The notes under the pieces were generated by a model. It worked only from the letters and a program-made list of their open reading frames with translations. It searched no databases and had not been told where the DNA came from. Shown piece after piece: positions 37,001 through 47,809 of a stretch of DNA of 64,000 nt; the stretch's first letter is position 1, and each line of letters begins with the position of its first letter. The translations under genes were made by a program, and so were the position numbers. The DNA lies in assembly GCA_964036045.1 (NCBI GenBank), contig OZ038378.1, positions 11,408,001-11,472,000 of the forward strand, read 5' to 3'. Origin of the DNA: Eutreptiella sp. 'Long Island Sound 2002'. Taxonomy: Eukaryota; Protista; Euglenida.

Positions 37001-37788
37001 AAAGTGGCTGCTCAGTGTCGTCAATACCTGTCCTCTCTCAGACGCCGAGGCTACTGCAGCCTGACGGCTGACCGATGTCCGATGTTTAATGTGCGGGCCG
37101 GCCTTCAGGGGGGGGACTGTGGCCTGGGGTACCAGACCTTACAAGACAAAGACTAACAAGTCCTAAACTCGTACTTATCCAACACACAACACACACAGCC
37201 CTCGCAAACACGAGTTTGACCAGGCGGTGGTGGTTGGGCAAGACCGTGGCTGAACAAGTGGCGTCAGAAAAAAAAATCGCCGTTGCACTGTGGGAGTGAG
37301 TGCTCGTTGCGCAAGGGGGAGAGGGGGGGGGGGGGTGACAAGGCCGTTCACCAAGAGCAAAGACAGCGGTAGAAGTACACGAAAAGTCACCCATGCGTAT
37401 CAGGGTATGCCTGACAGGTAAGGATGGGGATGGCATGGGGGGGATGCAGCAATGCGGGGGCAGCATGGCTCCGATACCCGGAGTAATTGGGCGCCACATC
37501 CAAGACGGCAAAATCGATATCAGAAGGCGCGAGGTCATCCGTGGGGTCACAATGCTCCGTACCGTTCCTCAAACGGCAAAGAGCTGGACGGTCGCTCATG
37601 GGTACATAGGCCACGTCAGTATCTGGTTGCAACTGCCGGTACACAAAACCGAGGGTGCGGATCAGTTGGGCTGCGCTGCTTGCCCCAGCACCGACAATAG
37701 TAGTGGCAGAGGCCATGACAGTACAGGGGCACGGGAGAAGGAAGAGAAAGAGGAAGATGACGGTGCCATTCGGCCCGAAGGCCACCAT
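13655..37788 (-). CDS. Receptor-type class III adenylyl cyclase, 7 exons, about 1272 aa: signal peptide, 2 PstS-like domains, TM helix, 2 cyclase domains, Ser-rich tail
   Basis: Exons 37788-37478, 36064-35971, 32571-30751, 24444-24097, 20891-20583, 17616-17072 and 14045-13655 join in consistent phase through six GT-AG introns (3819 nt including stop). Motifs include GAGAS, VVPVYNL, IFFGNITLWDDPHIIALNP, TDVEGST, EGDAF, GYECK and DYFGTLVNRAAR. Confidence 0.88.
14948..16736. repeat. Composite foldback-like repeat in cyclase intron 6
   Basis: 55-bp modules with palindromic cores (CCCGACGCGTCGGG) occur at both ends. (TACGACACAG)n lies at about 15108-15307 and its reverse complement (CTGTGTCGTA)n at about 16095-16475. 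A 168-bp tandem core and TG/TA microsatellites lie between them. Confidence 0.92.
15444..15977. repeat. 168-bp tandem repeat (about 3.2 copies) with a perfect 12-bp hairpin
   Basis: Units start at 15444, 15612, 15780 and 15929 (partial). The first two units end in GGGAAGGGGGCC-TTC-GGCCCCCTTCCC; the third is truncated at the hairpin. Confidence 0.95.
17072..17616 (-). CDS. Cyclase exon 6 (core of the second, C2-like cyclase domain)
   Basis: Acceptor GTGCAG|CTC and donor TG|GTGTGT. Translation includes HRGYECKGEAGKFLLVF…GPGIAMGMCTG…DRMDYFGTLVNRAART…GAFHLKGI. Confidence 0.92.
19763..20323 (+). mobile_element. Possible reverse-transcriptase-like relic in cyclase intron 5
   Basis: The ORF contains INLDDIPIYVQQARALLKILVDVMQALSLPI, reminiscent of the non-LTR RT xxDD motif and the helix that follows it. 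Other RT motifs were not recognised. Confidence 0.25.
20583..20891 (-). CDS. Cyclase exon 5 (end of cyclase domain 1, start of domain 2)
   Basis: Acceptor GCAG|GTG and donor AAG|GTATGC; 309 nt, phase 0/0. Translation VLVSQELYAAV…LISVLPLPLQARV…PPVGCVTCLFTSCPWEKSSRLVEK. Confidence 0.85.
21854..22463 (+). repeat. Dispersed repeat of about 610 bp, copy 1 (cyclase intron 4)
   Basis: Nearly identical by eye to 59395-60005 in the same orientation; the flanks differ. Confidence 0.92.
24097..24444 (-). CDS. Cyclase exon 4 (core of the first, C1-like cyclase domain)
   Basis: Acceptor TGTAG|GTG and donor CAG|GTGCAC. Translation VHDRCLREVLQAHGGTELLSEGDAFLLCF…FSGLRVRMSAHIG…VGGQ. Confidence 0.92.
24500..26280. 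repeat. Degenerate GTATTACCNAATAC mini-palindrome field in cyclase intron 3
   Basis: Many diverged GTATTACC/TAATAC motifs (e.g. GTATTACCTGATAC at about 24514, GTATTACCTAATAT at about 24887). The same motif recurs in both orientations at 30090-30420. Confidence 0.7.
25693..26057. repeat. (GGCGGTT)n cassette bounded by AGGGCAGTCCTTAAC + A-run direct repeats
   Basis: The direct repeat occurs at 25693 and 26009, each followed by an oligo-A run. Heptamer-like repeats occupy about 25775-25985. Confidence 0.8.
26640..27050 (-). repeat. Diverged minisatellite of about 43 bp, inverted relative to 28480-29400
   Basis: GGAACCTRTCCCTCC…CCTGTGCT…GCACA units are the reverse complement of the 28.5-29.4 kb units. 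Confidence 0.65.
28480..29400 (+). repeat. Diverged minisatellite of about 43 bp (about 20 copies)
   Basis: Consensus-like unit CCCCTGTGCGCATCAGCACAAGGCGGAGGGACAGGTTCCCT with a TGTGC-N6-GCACA hairpin core. Confidence 0.85.
29860..30040 (+). repeat. Solo diverged copy of the 168-bp repeat unit
   Basis: AAATATTGTCACTTCGTCTACAACATGCCGACAGCGTCTACAATTAGCAG matches the 15.4-16 kb unit. The hairpin stem is retained at 29885-29922 with a different loop. Confidence 0.9.
30751..32571 (-). CDS. Cyclase exon 3 (rest of PstS-like domain 1, PstS-like domain 2, TM helix, start of cyclase domain 1)
   Basis: 1821 nt, phase 0/0; acceptor GCGCAG|GTG, donor CAG|GTGCGC. Translation includes IFFGNITLWDDPHIIALNP, ILNGNVTEWTDPAILALNP, TM VLVVFYLLLLPVAGTLGYFVW and VVLVDTDVEGSTSLWE. 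Confidence 0.92.
33830..34445. repeat. 47-bp minisatellite (about 12-13 copies) in cyclase intron 2
   Basis: Unit GTGGGCAGTGGAACTCCTTCTRTWCTCTGCCTCACTGCCTTGGGGCA, containing the hairpin CACTGCC-TTGG-GGCAGTG. Confidence 0.92.
35971..36064 (-). CDS. Cyclase exon 2 (PstS-like domain 1)
   Basis: Acceptor CTTTAG|G completes the Gly codon from exon 1 (GG|G). Translation VPQLHTYPFLVQGVVPVYNLGLAVDLVLSLE; donor GAG|GTGCGG. Confidence 0.88.
37478..37788 (-). CDS. Cyclase exon 1 (signal peptide and start of PstS-like domain 1)
   Basis: MVAFGPNGTVIFLFLFLLPCPCTVMASATTIVGAGASSAAQL…IDFAVLD; donor GG|GTATCG is phase-compatible with exon 2. Confidence 0.82.
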
Positions 37789-40017
37789 GGGGAAAACGAT
37801 TCTGAATGCGTAGCAGTGGTCCTCTGCCCCCCCCCCCCCCCTTGCCTTTCACCATGAACTTGCCGCCCGCGCACCGCGCACGCTGCGTCATTCAAGCATC
37901 CCAGGTTTTGTGCTACGCTGCACAAGATAGCCCCAGGACTTGGAACGGAGTGAGGGGGTGACGTGCAGCGCACATGCGCATGGGGTTCATGGATGCGGCC
38001 AAACGCACATGCCCTGGTGCACCATGTGCACCGCGCGCACCGCGCAAGCAGCGCCCTCTATGCACTAGGAGATGAGAAGTGTTGTATGCAACTGACGGTG
38101 CATGCCCAGCCCACTTTCCCTCTCTCCTGCACCTCCAACCCCACCTCACCATTGAGGCCAGGACAACTGAGTGCCAGCCCTGTGCGAGGGCCTAGTGGTA
38201 TTGAGGAGGGTGATGTAGTGGAATGAAGGCCGGCTGTCATTGGCCAACGGAACACAGGCAATCATGAACAATGAGCCTATTGATGAGAGCTGCATAAGCT
38301 GAGAGGACTGCCGAACAATGCTGCATGTGCATACCAGGACATGCATGTGTGGAACGCTTTTTGACCCGTGTGTGGCCACTGCCTTTCGCTTGTGTTTCAG
38401 AGACGCTAGCTACCATGTTGGTTGAAATGGTGCTCTACGGATCCTGGGCCTGGACAGAAGAGAATACCTTTCCTCCATGGGCAAGCATTGTGAAGGCACC
38501 ATTTTGGCACCTCCGTTGTTACACAGACTTGAGGATTGTGCTGCTGCACCTGATAGCTGATCCAGCCGTGACACTAGATTCCGCCCTAAATCTGGTCACC
38601 GTGTGTACTGGTACTGCGGTACTACTGTAGCAGCCCAAGACAGTTCCAAGGCGGCTCGTGAATTTGGAATGGTGGATACTGTGGGCTTGAAGCCTGGAGT
38701 GCTGATTGGATATTTTGTTTTCCTTGGTCGTGGTGGAGGTGCCTGGTTCGTGGATTGGTGATATGCATGACCTAATTGGTCAGTTATTGGTTCAGGGTGT
38801 GCAAGTGGCTCTGGTTGGAGATGCAGCTAATGTAAAACCTTTTGTGACTGCCTTGCGAACGATTTGGAGGGACCCAACTGAAATCAGCCATGTCGCTGAG
38901 GCCAATGGTGTCGTAGCCCCTGAAATAGCAGGTGTGCATGCTGCACCCTCAGACGTGTGTGTTGTCTCTATTTCTTACCAATTGTGTGCATGTGGACTCA
39001 GCATACAAGCCCACAAACAACAGCAAATGTGCGCACGCCACCCCCAAGTGTGTGTGTTGCTCAAATTAGCACTATGTCTTACATGTATGCGTGCATCCAT
39101 TTCCGTCACCATGAGGCATAACAGGACAGTATGGCGAAGACGTAGATCATAACATTGGTATAGAGCTAGCTCCTCCATAGTGTCTATCTAGTTGTGGCCC
39201 AATCTCTAGTGCCCACCGGCCGTGGTCTCTCCGGAGAACATTGGCTCTCACCCTCCCCGTTTGCTTGGGGCCTTAGCACCAAGGGGTGGCACAGCTTGCA
39301 ACCCTTGTTTGCACATGTTGTGCGGCAATGGCGCCAACAAGCAACGGCCCTGAGTAGAGGCCTGCTGTGTTCGCCCTGCACACCATACCCTATGGTGGAT
39401 GCCTGCACGCTTCACGTTGCATAGATGTTCTAGTCATGGTATCTGGTACAGCCGCAATGGAAAGTGCACCCAAAGTCTGAATATTTTTTGGGGGGGGGCT
39501 GACTCTAGAAGTTTACTAGAGTACTCAACACAGTTCTTGGAAACACGGGCAACTCCACCATGCGATACAGTTAATCCCCGCAATGTAGGGCACGTGGCAA
39601 AGACTCAGGGTTCACATGCATATACTGGAGAGCTCTCTAGTGCGGTAGGTGACCGCCACGCCAGAAGGCAAACCTAGAAACAAGCTTGAAATAAACACCC
39701 GTCAAAGGCCATTTGACCAGTGACCAGTAACTTGTTTATTTTGGTGCTTGTTTTTTGACAAATTCTTTACAAAAATGGCCATTGCTGATACATGCCTCCG
39801 TTTTCCTAATCCTTCCATTGCTGGTTCATAGGAAACAAGATTGTTGCATGTGATTGGTGCCATTCAGCTCTGTATAATTTTCTTGTGCATGTTCACATGT
39901 TTCCTTGGGTGCGGTTTATTCCTGGTTCATTGCAGGATGTTATTGTTCAATTCTCCTAATATAATCTGATACCATGTTGTTTATTCTTCGATGTTGCCAA
40001 TCACTGTTTCGAGACCT

Positions 40018-41015
40018 TCATTCGGCTGAAAATGGTTTTTCCTCTGTGCGTCGTTTTTTTTTCTCGTTTTTTGGCTTGCATGCTAATAATACCTCGGAGG
40101 TAAGGGCACTCTTAAAGGCCAAGTCACACCGGTGGAAGGACGCGTGGTATGGCACAACCATGTCATACCTAGCAACTTGTTGTTGGAGGTCACCAAGGAT
40201 GGCAATAATAGCACCGCGCAGCCCTTGGACCACACTTGCCCCATCCCCACAATACAAAAAGAACTTCGGGATCCAAACGTCCAACTCCACCTCAATATGG
40301 GCCATACTACGCTTCATTGCGATGACAATACCCTGGGCTGTACCTGAGGGGAGGGATTGACATGAGAAAAAATTGGTAGCCATCATTGCATCCACAACCG
40401 TGCCAACATAAAAATGCTCTTCCTTCTTCGAGGAGCGGTCGGTGCAGGAGTCGGATGCAAGGGCAAAAAATTGATAATCCTTCACATTCTCTCTCTGTGC
40501 GGCACGGAATGGCTCCGCAATGAAGCGCGGAATCTTTACAGCAGAGGGGCGGGAGTGATAACTCGCGGTAATGGTGCCTTTGGTGCCACTAGCTGGGCAT
40601 CCCCTTCCAGATGTGTCAGGGGACCAGAGCGTTGCATGATTCTACACACAATACGAAACAATGCCAAAATGCCGTCCGGCGCATGGGGGGGCAACATCTG
40701 AATGACTGATGTGACACGCCCACCCGACTGCCATAAGGCGAGCGACACACAGTGCGTGCCGGACCTGTAATGTTGTTTAATGGACCACAATTGGAAATTG
40801 CACGTTCTCTGGACGAACGAAACTGAGTGCCAAAGTTGCGGATGTGCATGACAAGCAGCACACCACATGAGCACACACACGGCATCGTACCGCAGCCACG
40901 GACGAGAAAGAAGCCACTCCGTTTCAAACTTGCGCGGCTTGGGGACAACGTCAAATGGTGGCACCCTCAACGCGCAATGGGTACAAATGCCATCCGTGGT
41001 ACATCCCGCATGCAC
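40018..41015 (-). mobile_element. Degenerate hAT transposase (ZnF-TTF plus N-terminal part of the catalytic core, ZNF862-like)
   Basis: RKFETEWLLSRPWLRYD…MWCAACH…NFQLWSIKQHYRSGTH is the TTF finger. After a frameshift come FFALASDSCTDRS, CGDGASVVQG and YHASFHRCDLAF. The C-terminal half is lost or degenerate. Confidence 0.8.
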
Positions 41016-42009
41016 GCGGAAATGACAACCCTTACATTCAATGGGGAATGCAAGTGGCGGAGAGCGGCAGCAACATTAGGGAAGTGCATCCAATGCACAC
41101 CCTCGGGCACCACTGAACAAAGTGGCTGCATCCATACATCACCACCCATCCCGAGGATCAGGACAGGAAAACGTGACTAAAAAGGACCTATGATCACAAC
41201 AGACAAACAAATCGCACTGCAAGGGGATCCAACACCATCTCTAATCAATGCATAGAATTGCCGAAAAATTGACTACGGTTCAAGGGTAACCAACGGTGGT
41301 TGGAGGTGGCTCCCTTAATATTAAAAAAAAACGGTGAGCATCCTCATGGGACCCCCTAGTTTGCAGGCGATGTTTACGTGGTGGAGGAGTACGTGTATGA
41401 CCCTTTTGCCCTGTGTGGTCCCAAAATGATGAAAATCGAAGAAATTGCACACCAAGACCGCCCAAAACCTTGCCTAAGCAATGCAAGAATATGAGAAAAC
41501 ACAAATAAACATCAATAAACATCGATTAAAAATGGTGGCTGCCCAAAATTTGGCGTTTTTGGGAAATAAATGAATAAACGTGTTTATTTTGTATTTTACC
41601 ACTGGCACGACCAGTATTTAATTCAAGCTTGCCTAGAAAGTAATTGCAGAACCACAAAGTCTGAATACGGGACCCAATAATATGCTATGTCCCAATTCTA
41701 CCGACGGTAGGCGTGTTCTGGTGCCGGCTGTGCCGGTGGGTCTACATGGCGCGTGGCTGCATGTTGTCCATGTCCACTCTCGTGCGCCTTCGATTACCGC
41801 ATGTGTTGGGGTCCACTGCTAGCTAACTAGGTGGGACGCAAGGGCTCCCACTTGGCCTCTACATATGGTAGTGGCAGCAATGGCTGCTGCTTGATGTCCT
41901 CAATGAGGTCTTCGAAATTTGCTTGTATTACATGCAACCCATGTGCATGATGCCGCTGTGGGCAATGCAGCAGATGACTCCCATGCTTCGGTGCAGCCCC
42001 TTCATTTGG

Positions 42010-43600
42010 GGCTAAGGACTCCCATGCTTTGACCTGGCCCCTTGAGGATGGGTAAGGACTCCACTGCTTTGGTGTGGCCCTTTGAGTGTGGGTTGAGGAC
42101 TCCCATGCTTCTGTTTGGCCCCTTGAGCTGGGGTCAAGGACTCCCACTCTTTGGTGTGGCCCCTCAAGTTGGGGTTAAGGACTTCCGCCCCTTGGTGTGG
42201 CCCCTTGAGTTGGGGTCAAGGACTCCCACACTTCAGTGTGGCCCCTTGAGTTGGGGTTCAGGACTTTCACTCCTCGGTGTGGCCTCTTGAGTTATGGTTA
42301 AGGACTCCCACGCTTCGGTGTGGCCCTTTGGGTTCGGGTTAAGGACTCCCACTCACACAAATAATACCGAGCACAACACATCGGAGCAAGTAGAGCTCAC
42401 ACCAAACCGAAAAACCCCACCGCTTCCTTATTTGATGACTTGATTTGACCTCTACTACTACTACTCTACTGACCTCTACTCTCTAGGTCTTATTGCTAGC
42501 ATTGACACCCAAGTTTTTACAATGTTGACCATGACTGTTGGCACATTTGGGTTGAAGGTCATCACTGCATGGTCTATGATCGTTTTGTGTCTTGGGCTGC
42601 CTCAGGCTACATGGCAATGTGTTTCGTACCCAAACACACATTCTCTATAGATTTTCCTTTAGTGTTTGGGGAGCATTTTCCCAACCCAAGGGGCCCCAAC
42701 GAACAGTGCGAGTCCTTAACCGCAACTCAAGGCGCCACACCGAACCGTGAACGTCCTTAACCCCAACTCAAAGGGCCACACCAAAGGGTGGGAGTCCATA
42801 ACCCTAACTCATGGGGCCATTTGCGATGGGGTTAAGGACTCCCATGCTTTGGCATGACCCCTTGAGGTGGGGCTAAGGACTCCCGTGCTTCAATTTGGTT
42901 TCTTGAGTGGGGTCAAGGACTCCCACGGTTTGGTGTGGCCATCTGAGTTAGGGTTAATGATTCTCGCTCTTCGGTGTGGCCCCTTGAGTTGGGCTTCAAG
43001 ACTACCACGCTTCAGCATGGCCCCTTGAATTGGGGTGAATGACAGCCACGCTTTGGTGTGGCCCTTGGACTTGGGCTTAAGGACTCCCATGGTTCGGTGT
43101 GGCCCCTTGAGTTGGGGTTAAGGTGGCCCCTTGAGCCAAGGTTAAGGACTCCCACGCTTCGGTGTTGCCCCTTGAGAATGAATCCTTCACCAAAACTCAA
43201 GGGGCCACGGCTCCTTGAGTTGGGGTTAATGACTACCACGCTGTGTGGTCCCCGGACTTGGGGTGAAGGACTCCCACGGTTCGGTGTGGACCCTTGAGGT
43301 GGGGCTAAGGACTACCATGCTTCAACATGGCCCCTTGATCTGGGGTCAATGACAACCACGCGTGGTGTCCCTAACCCCAACTCAAGGGGCAACACCGAAC
43401 CGTGGGCGTCCTCAACCCCAACTCAAAGGGCCACACCGGACGGCGGGAGTCCTTAACCCCAACTCAAGGGGTAACACTGAAGAGTGGGAGTCCTTACCCC
43501 CAACTCAAAGGGTCACACCGAACTGTGGGAGTCCAGAACCCCAACTCAAGGGGCCACACTGACATGTGGGAGTCCTTGACCCCCAACTCAAGGGGCCTCC
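42010..43600. repeat. 41-bp minisatellite mosaic with alternating orientation
   Basis: Unit GGACTCCCACGCTTCGGTGTGGCCCCTTGAGTTGGGGTTAA. Plus orientation at about 42010-42355 and 42820-43360; inverted at about 42680-42815 and 43370-43600. Confidence 0.92.
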
Positions 43601-46509
43601 AACGTGGAGAAGAAGATTGTTAACCGGATCTCGTCAATAGCACCGGAAGGTAAAACATCCGTGGGAGTCAATAAAGAGGAATGGAAGGCGCAGGTATCAA
43701 AATCTGAGTTGGATACCTCACCCCTCCCGTCTCAAGCAGCCAAAAATGGGCAACGGCTACATCACCCGTGCCTTCCCAGGGGTTCCCAAACGAGGGGAAG
43801 AAATACGAACATGACTTTCCACGTAAACCCTCGTCTGGAAAGAAGCATAACCCATGTCGTTTTTTTTATGTAACCCGCATATAAAAAAAGAGTGTAACCC
43901 ATGTACTTTTTTTTTGTGTAACCCGCGCATTGGAAAAAAGGTGTCACCCGTGCACTGTTTTTTTGGGTGTAACCCACGTGTGAATGAAGCAAGTTACATG
44001 TTGTTTACTTTTACGTGGGGTTATAGCAAAAAAAAAATCCATACGCAGGTTACAAAAACAAAAAGCACACGGGTACAATAGACGTGTTGCTTGCAATGGC
44101 TGATGTCACACAAATTGAGGTGACGTCCAAACAATTGTAATAAGTAGAATGTCACCATGGGTTGCAAAGGCGAGCACAAAATATCAAGAAAACTTCTAGA
44201 CAAGCATGCTCATGAGGCTAGTGCACAAAAAAAATGTGGATGTTGTGGAAATGCAGCACAATGCCCAAAAAAAGGCATCACTACGAGTTTGGCATGTAAA
44301 TAAGGTAAGCGAGGAAAGCAATAATGATAAGACTAGCACCACCAACCTCAGCAACAGGCCCCAATTTTAGGGCCAATCAACCAACAATTGAGAACAACAA
44401 GGAGGGCACATCAAGGCACATCAAGACCACACAAATCAATTTGTCACTGAAACATATACAACCTAAAATGCCCTTGATCACCTTTGTCGTTACGTGAACC
44501 TGTTGTCTTTTGCCGCTCAATCAGTCTCTTGAAACATAACGTTCTCTTGCAAACAAACCTAATACTAGAATGGCAATGCAAGTCCAAGGGCAGAAGCAAA
44601 GAGTAAACAAATCGCCAAAGCAAATCGGCCCTAGGTGATAGCTTGTGTGTGCTACAACGCCAGCTAGGGCCGCCAAGGGATGCCAAAGGCATTGGGCATT
44701 GAACAACTTCCTCGCATCGATTCCTACATCTGGATTTTTGCAAATTATGTTGGGTGTGTAACCCGACGATGGTGGTAGACAAATGGTGCAAATGGGGGGG
44801 GGGGGGGATGTGGGAAGGCAACCCTTTGACCCTTGTTGAACTCTAACATAGAAGTAGCGCACGGCAAGCATGGAGTTGGCACCCACTGGACAAGAAATTG
44901 GCACACGTCCACTGCATGCTTGGTGCATGCCACCTCCATGCATGGAGTGCGCCGACTTATTACAACTTGAGAGGTAGGGTGCATTGAGTTGACGAACACC
45001 AAAAACAGATTTGGTGAGACAAGCAAAACAAGACAGCAACAAAAAGGCATGAAATCTCAGAAGGAGTCACACAGGCAGTGCGAAAAAAATGTGGTTGCGG
45101 ATGGGAGTTACCATGGTGGCCACCGCCTCAAGTCATCAAGCCGGATATTATGGTGTTTGGGTTCTATGTATTGTGGAAGTGCAGGACATCACACAGCTGG
45201 TGAGCCAATATCAGCAAAACACCAAGCACCATTTGTCAGGGCCTGCCCTGTGCTTTGCGTATAACACACTCCTATCTGGGCTTGGGGGCGTGGGTAAAGA
45301 TGGCTTATCCGATGGTTGGATGCATGAAGCGAATCGCAACGCGTCTCTATGCGTTGGGCCCGACGCAGTATACAGACTGCAGTGCATCTGCAGAGCAAAC
45401 TCATGCCGCCAAACCTGTCCCGGTGTTGTTGATTCTCACTGCGGATCACGATGGGTTTCTCTGTGGAGGAGCTGCCTTTCAGTTTTCCAAACCGTGGAAT
45501 TCGGGATTTGAGGTCGTGGCGGCCTGGGGGGCGTCCAACGTTTTTTCCAGGTTTCTGTGTGCCTGGAAATTTCTCGACGTCAACAGAACACCAGCCGCTC
45601 ATGTCACCAAACTGTAAGATAGTACCGTTTGGCCTGAAACATCTCACACCGCATAGCCCATCGACACCATCTAACTTTCTGCCGCGTTCAGATATCGCCG
45701 TAGCCCTCCCTAGCACTCCTTCTCCCTCCGTCCGTCCGTGCCTGCCTGCCTGCCTGCCTCACTCCCACGCTCCCTCTCCCCTGCCTCTCGCACACAGATC
45801 AGAATAGGGCCATTGCAGAGGTGAGAACTAGGGCCAGAGCTAGAGATAGAGCCCGTGCTTGGGGCGAAATTTGTGGAGGCAGTGATGGGGCCGACGTGCT
45901 GCCTGATACTAGCTGCAGACCCGAGGCTGCTGGTCTGGGCTGGGGCTAGTGCTGATGCAGGTGCAGCTGAGGAGGAGGGATGACCAGGGCCTCCAAATGT
46001 CAACCGCCGCAACCAGGCGTTCGGCAATCTGCTGATACCGCGTGCCCGGCCCACGCTGGCTGCTGCTGCCCTGTGCGACGGCTGAAGCAGGGACCACCCC
46101 AAAACAAACCCGGCTGGGCTGCTTGGCCGACACTTGGTTACCGACTATCCGCCACCGGTCAGCCGCCAGCCGAGTACTACAGACCGGTACCATTCGGTGA
46201 TTTGGAACCTCCAGCCAAACAAGAGGCACCCACCCCGCAACCCCCTGTGTGACATTCCGTCTCGTTGTTGTTTCTTTACGGGGCCCTGGACAGTCACCCG
46301 TTCTGTCGGCCGCTGCGGCCTTTGCTCCCGCTGTTGTTTCCGCGTTTGCGGAGCCCAGTGGGTGGGGGCTGTGCTGGATGTGGCATGGTGCGCCGTTTGC
46401 GCGTCAGCGGCGCCCAGAGTTGCCCCCCCCCCCCCGCCGCCGCCGCCCCCGGAGTGTAGAGCTGTAGGTGGGATGGAGGTGCATGACGACTTTGGAGCCA
46501 CGAAATGTG

Positions 46510-46562
<53 letters not shown>
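46510..46562. repeat. (GT)n microsatellite
   Basis: About 25 GT units. Confidence 0.95.
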
Positions 46563-46563
<1 letters not shown>

Positions 46564-47455
46564 ATGTGACATGTTATTGGATGTGGGTGGCACATGTGTG
46601 TGTGGGTGGCCATGTTATGGGGGTACCAATGTTGGAATGTTTGGGAGGGGGGATGACATGTCGGGACTGGAGGTGAGAGTGTGGGATGGAGCGTCGGTGG
46701 AAACAGCCCCCACCCGTTTCGTTTGATTTGTGGAAAAAAAGGTCGGCCCAAGTGGCAAGAAAGAGTCGCAAAACAGGAGGACGGGGTGCAATAGCGGGAG
46801 CGTGGGGGGGGGGGGGGGCGTGCGTGTGTGCCTTGATGCGGCATCTGCAGGGAAGCAGAAAGGGAAGGATGGCAAAGCCCTGCGCTTCTGATTGAGGTAT
46901 TGAAGCGATTCAGTGTCATGGGTCGTGTCTCGTCGGCGAATTGATCACCATGTTCAAAGGGGGAGGGGGGGGGTATGCATCCGGTTATGTAAGCCCCACC
47001 GGCAGACAAACAAACAGTGTGGACGGATCCTCCGGACGAGTAACTGCTGCATCAGACTTAAGCGTCCAACATTTGTTGTTGCAGCTGCAGTCAGGCGCGC
47101 CTCCCCACGGAATGCAATTGCGGTTGCCTTTCCTTCCTCTGCCCCTCTGTCAGAACTGTGGAAGGGGGATTTCGGTGATTTTGGGCTGGACGCAATCAAT
47201 GGGCGCTTAGCTCCACGTGCACTTCCCGTGGGCCCAGCTGCTCTCTCGCTTTCCCCAACTGTCTTCCCCCCAAATGCTATGTGTAGCCGGCGGGAACCGT
47301 CCCGAGCCGGTTATGAAAGCCCCTCCCTATCCCCTTCCTACTGCTCCCGACACCTTGCCGGAGGGGTTGTAAGAGGGCCCCCAGATGGGAGACAGAGGGC
47401 AGGGATGCATTGGAAGGTTTCTCCATTTCCATTTACGCACTCACCAACCCGTTCA

Positions 47456-47809
47456 TCACAAAGGCACGCCCTCACAGCGGCTATTGTCTACAAGCTGCAT
47501 CTCCCACAGCCTCAGGTCATGCTTCGTGAATGCATCCGCGATCGCCTGCTGCTGCTCTGCTGCCGCAGGGATAGCCCCGTCCGGCGTCAGCAGCAGCGCT
47601 CCAATATACGACTGACCCACCGCAGAGGCCGCACCCTGGTAGAACAGCAGCGTCCACGACAGATCCGGGGCGGCCTCCAGAATCTGCCAGTGCTCGGTCG
47701 TGGTGACACCATTGTCCAGCACCGAAAAGCGGAAAGTGCCCGGGGCGGCCCGCCGGGCCACGCGGTAGTGCCGTCGTCGCCACACCAATGTCCCATCATC
47801 AAGGGGCAC
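47456..47809 (-). CDS. VDR: VDR exon 4 (C-terminal lipocalin barrel, stop TGA)
   Basis: Acceptor GCTCAG|GTG; VPLDDGTLVWRRRHYRV…VDNSRCEGVPL*. Confidence 0.92.
   Translation of the reverse strand: MPLDDGTLVWRRRHYRVARRAAPGTFRFSVLDNGVTTTEHWQILEAAPDLSWTLLFYQGAASAVGQSYIGALLLTPDGAIPAAAEQQQAIADAFTKHDLRLWEMQLVDNSRCEGVPL

Noticed and set aside
39674-41636. TIRs for the hAT relic (CTAG…CAAGCTTGAA)
   Set aside because: The match is short and imperfect, and there is no 8-bp target-site duplication in the flanks.
42010-43600. CRISPR-like array in the 41-48 bp repeats (also 8260-8455, 33830-34445, 10291-10703)
   Set aside because: Units are contiguous with no unique 25-45 nt spacers (or have 135-160 nt spacers), no cas genes are present, and the context is eukaryotic.
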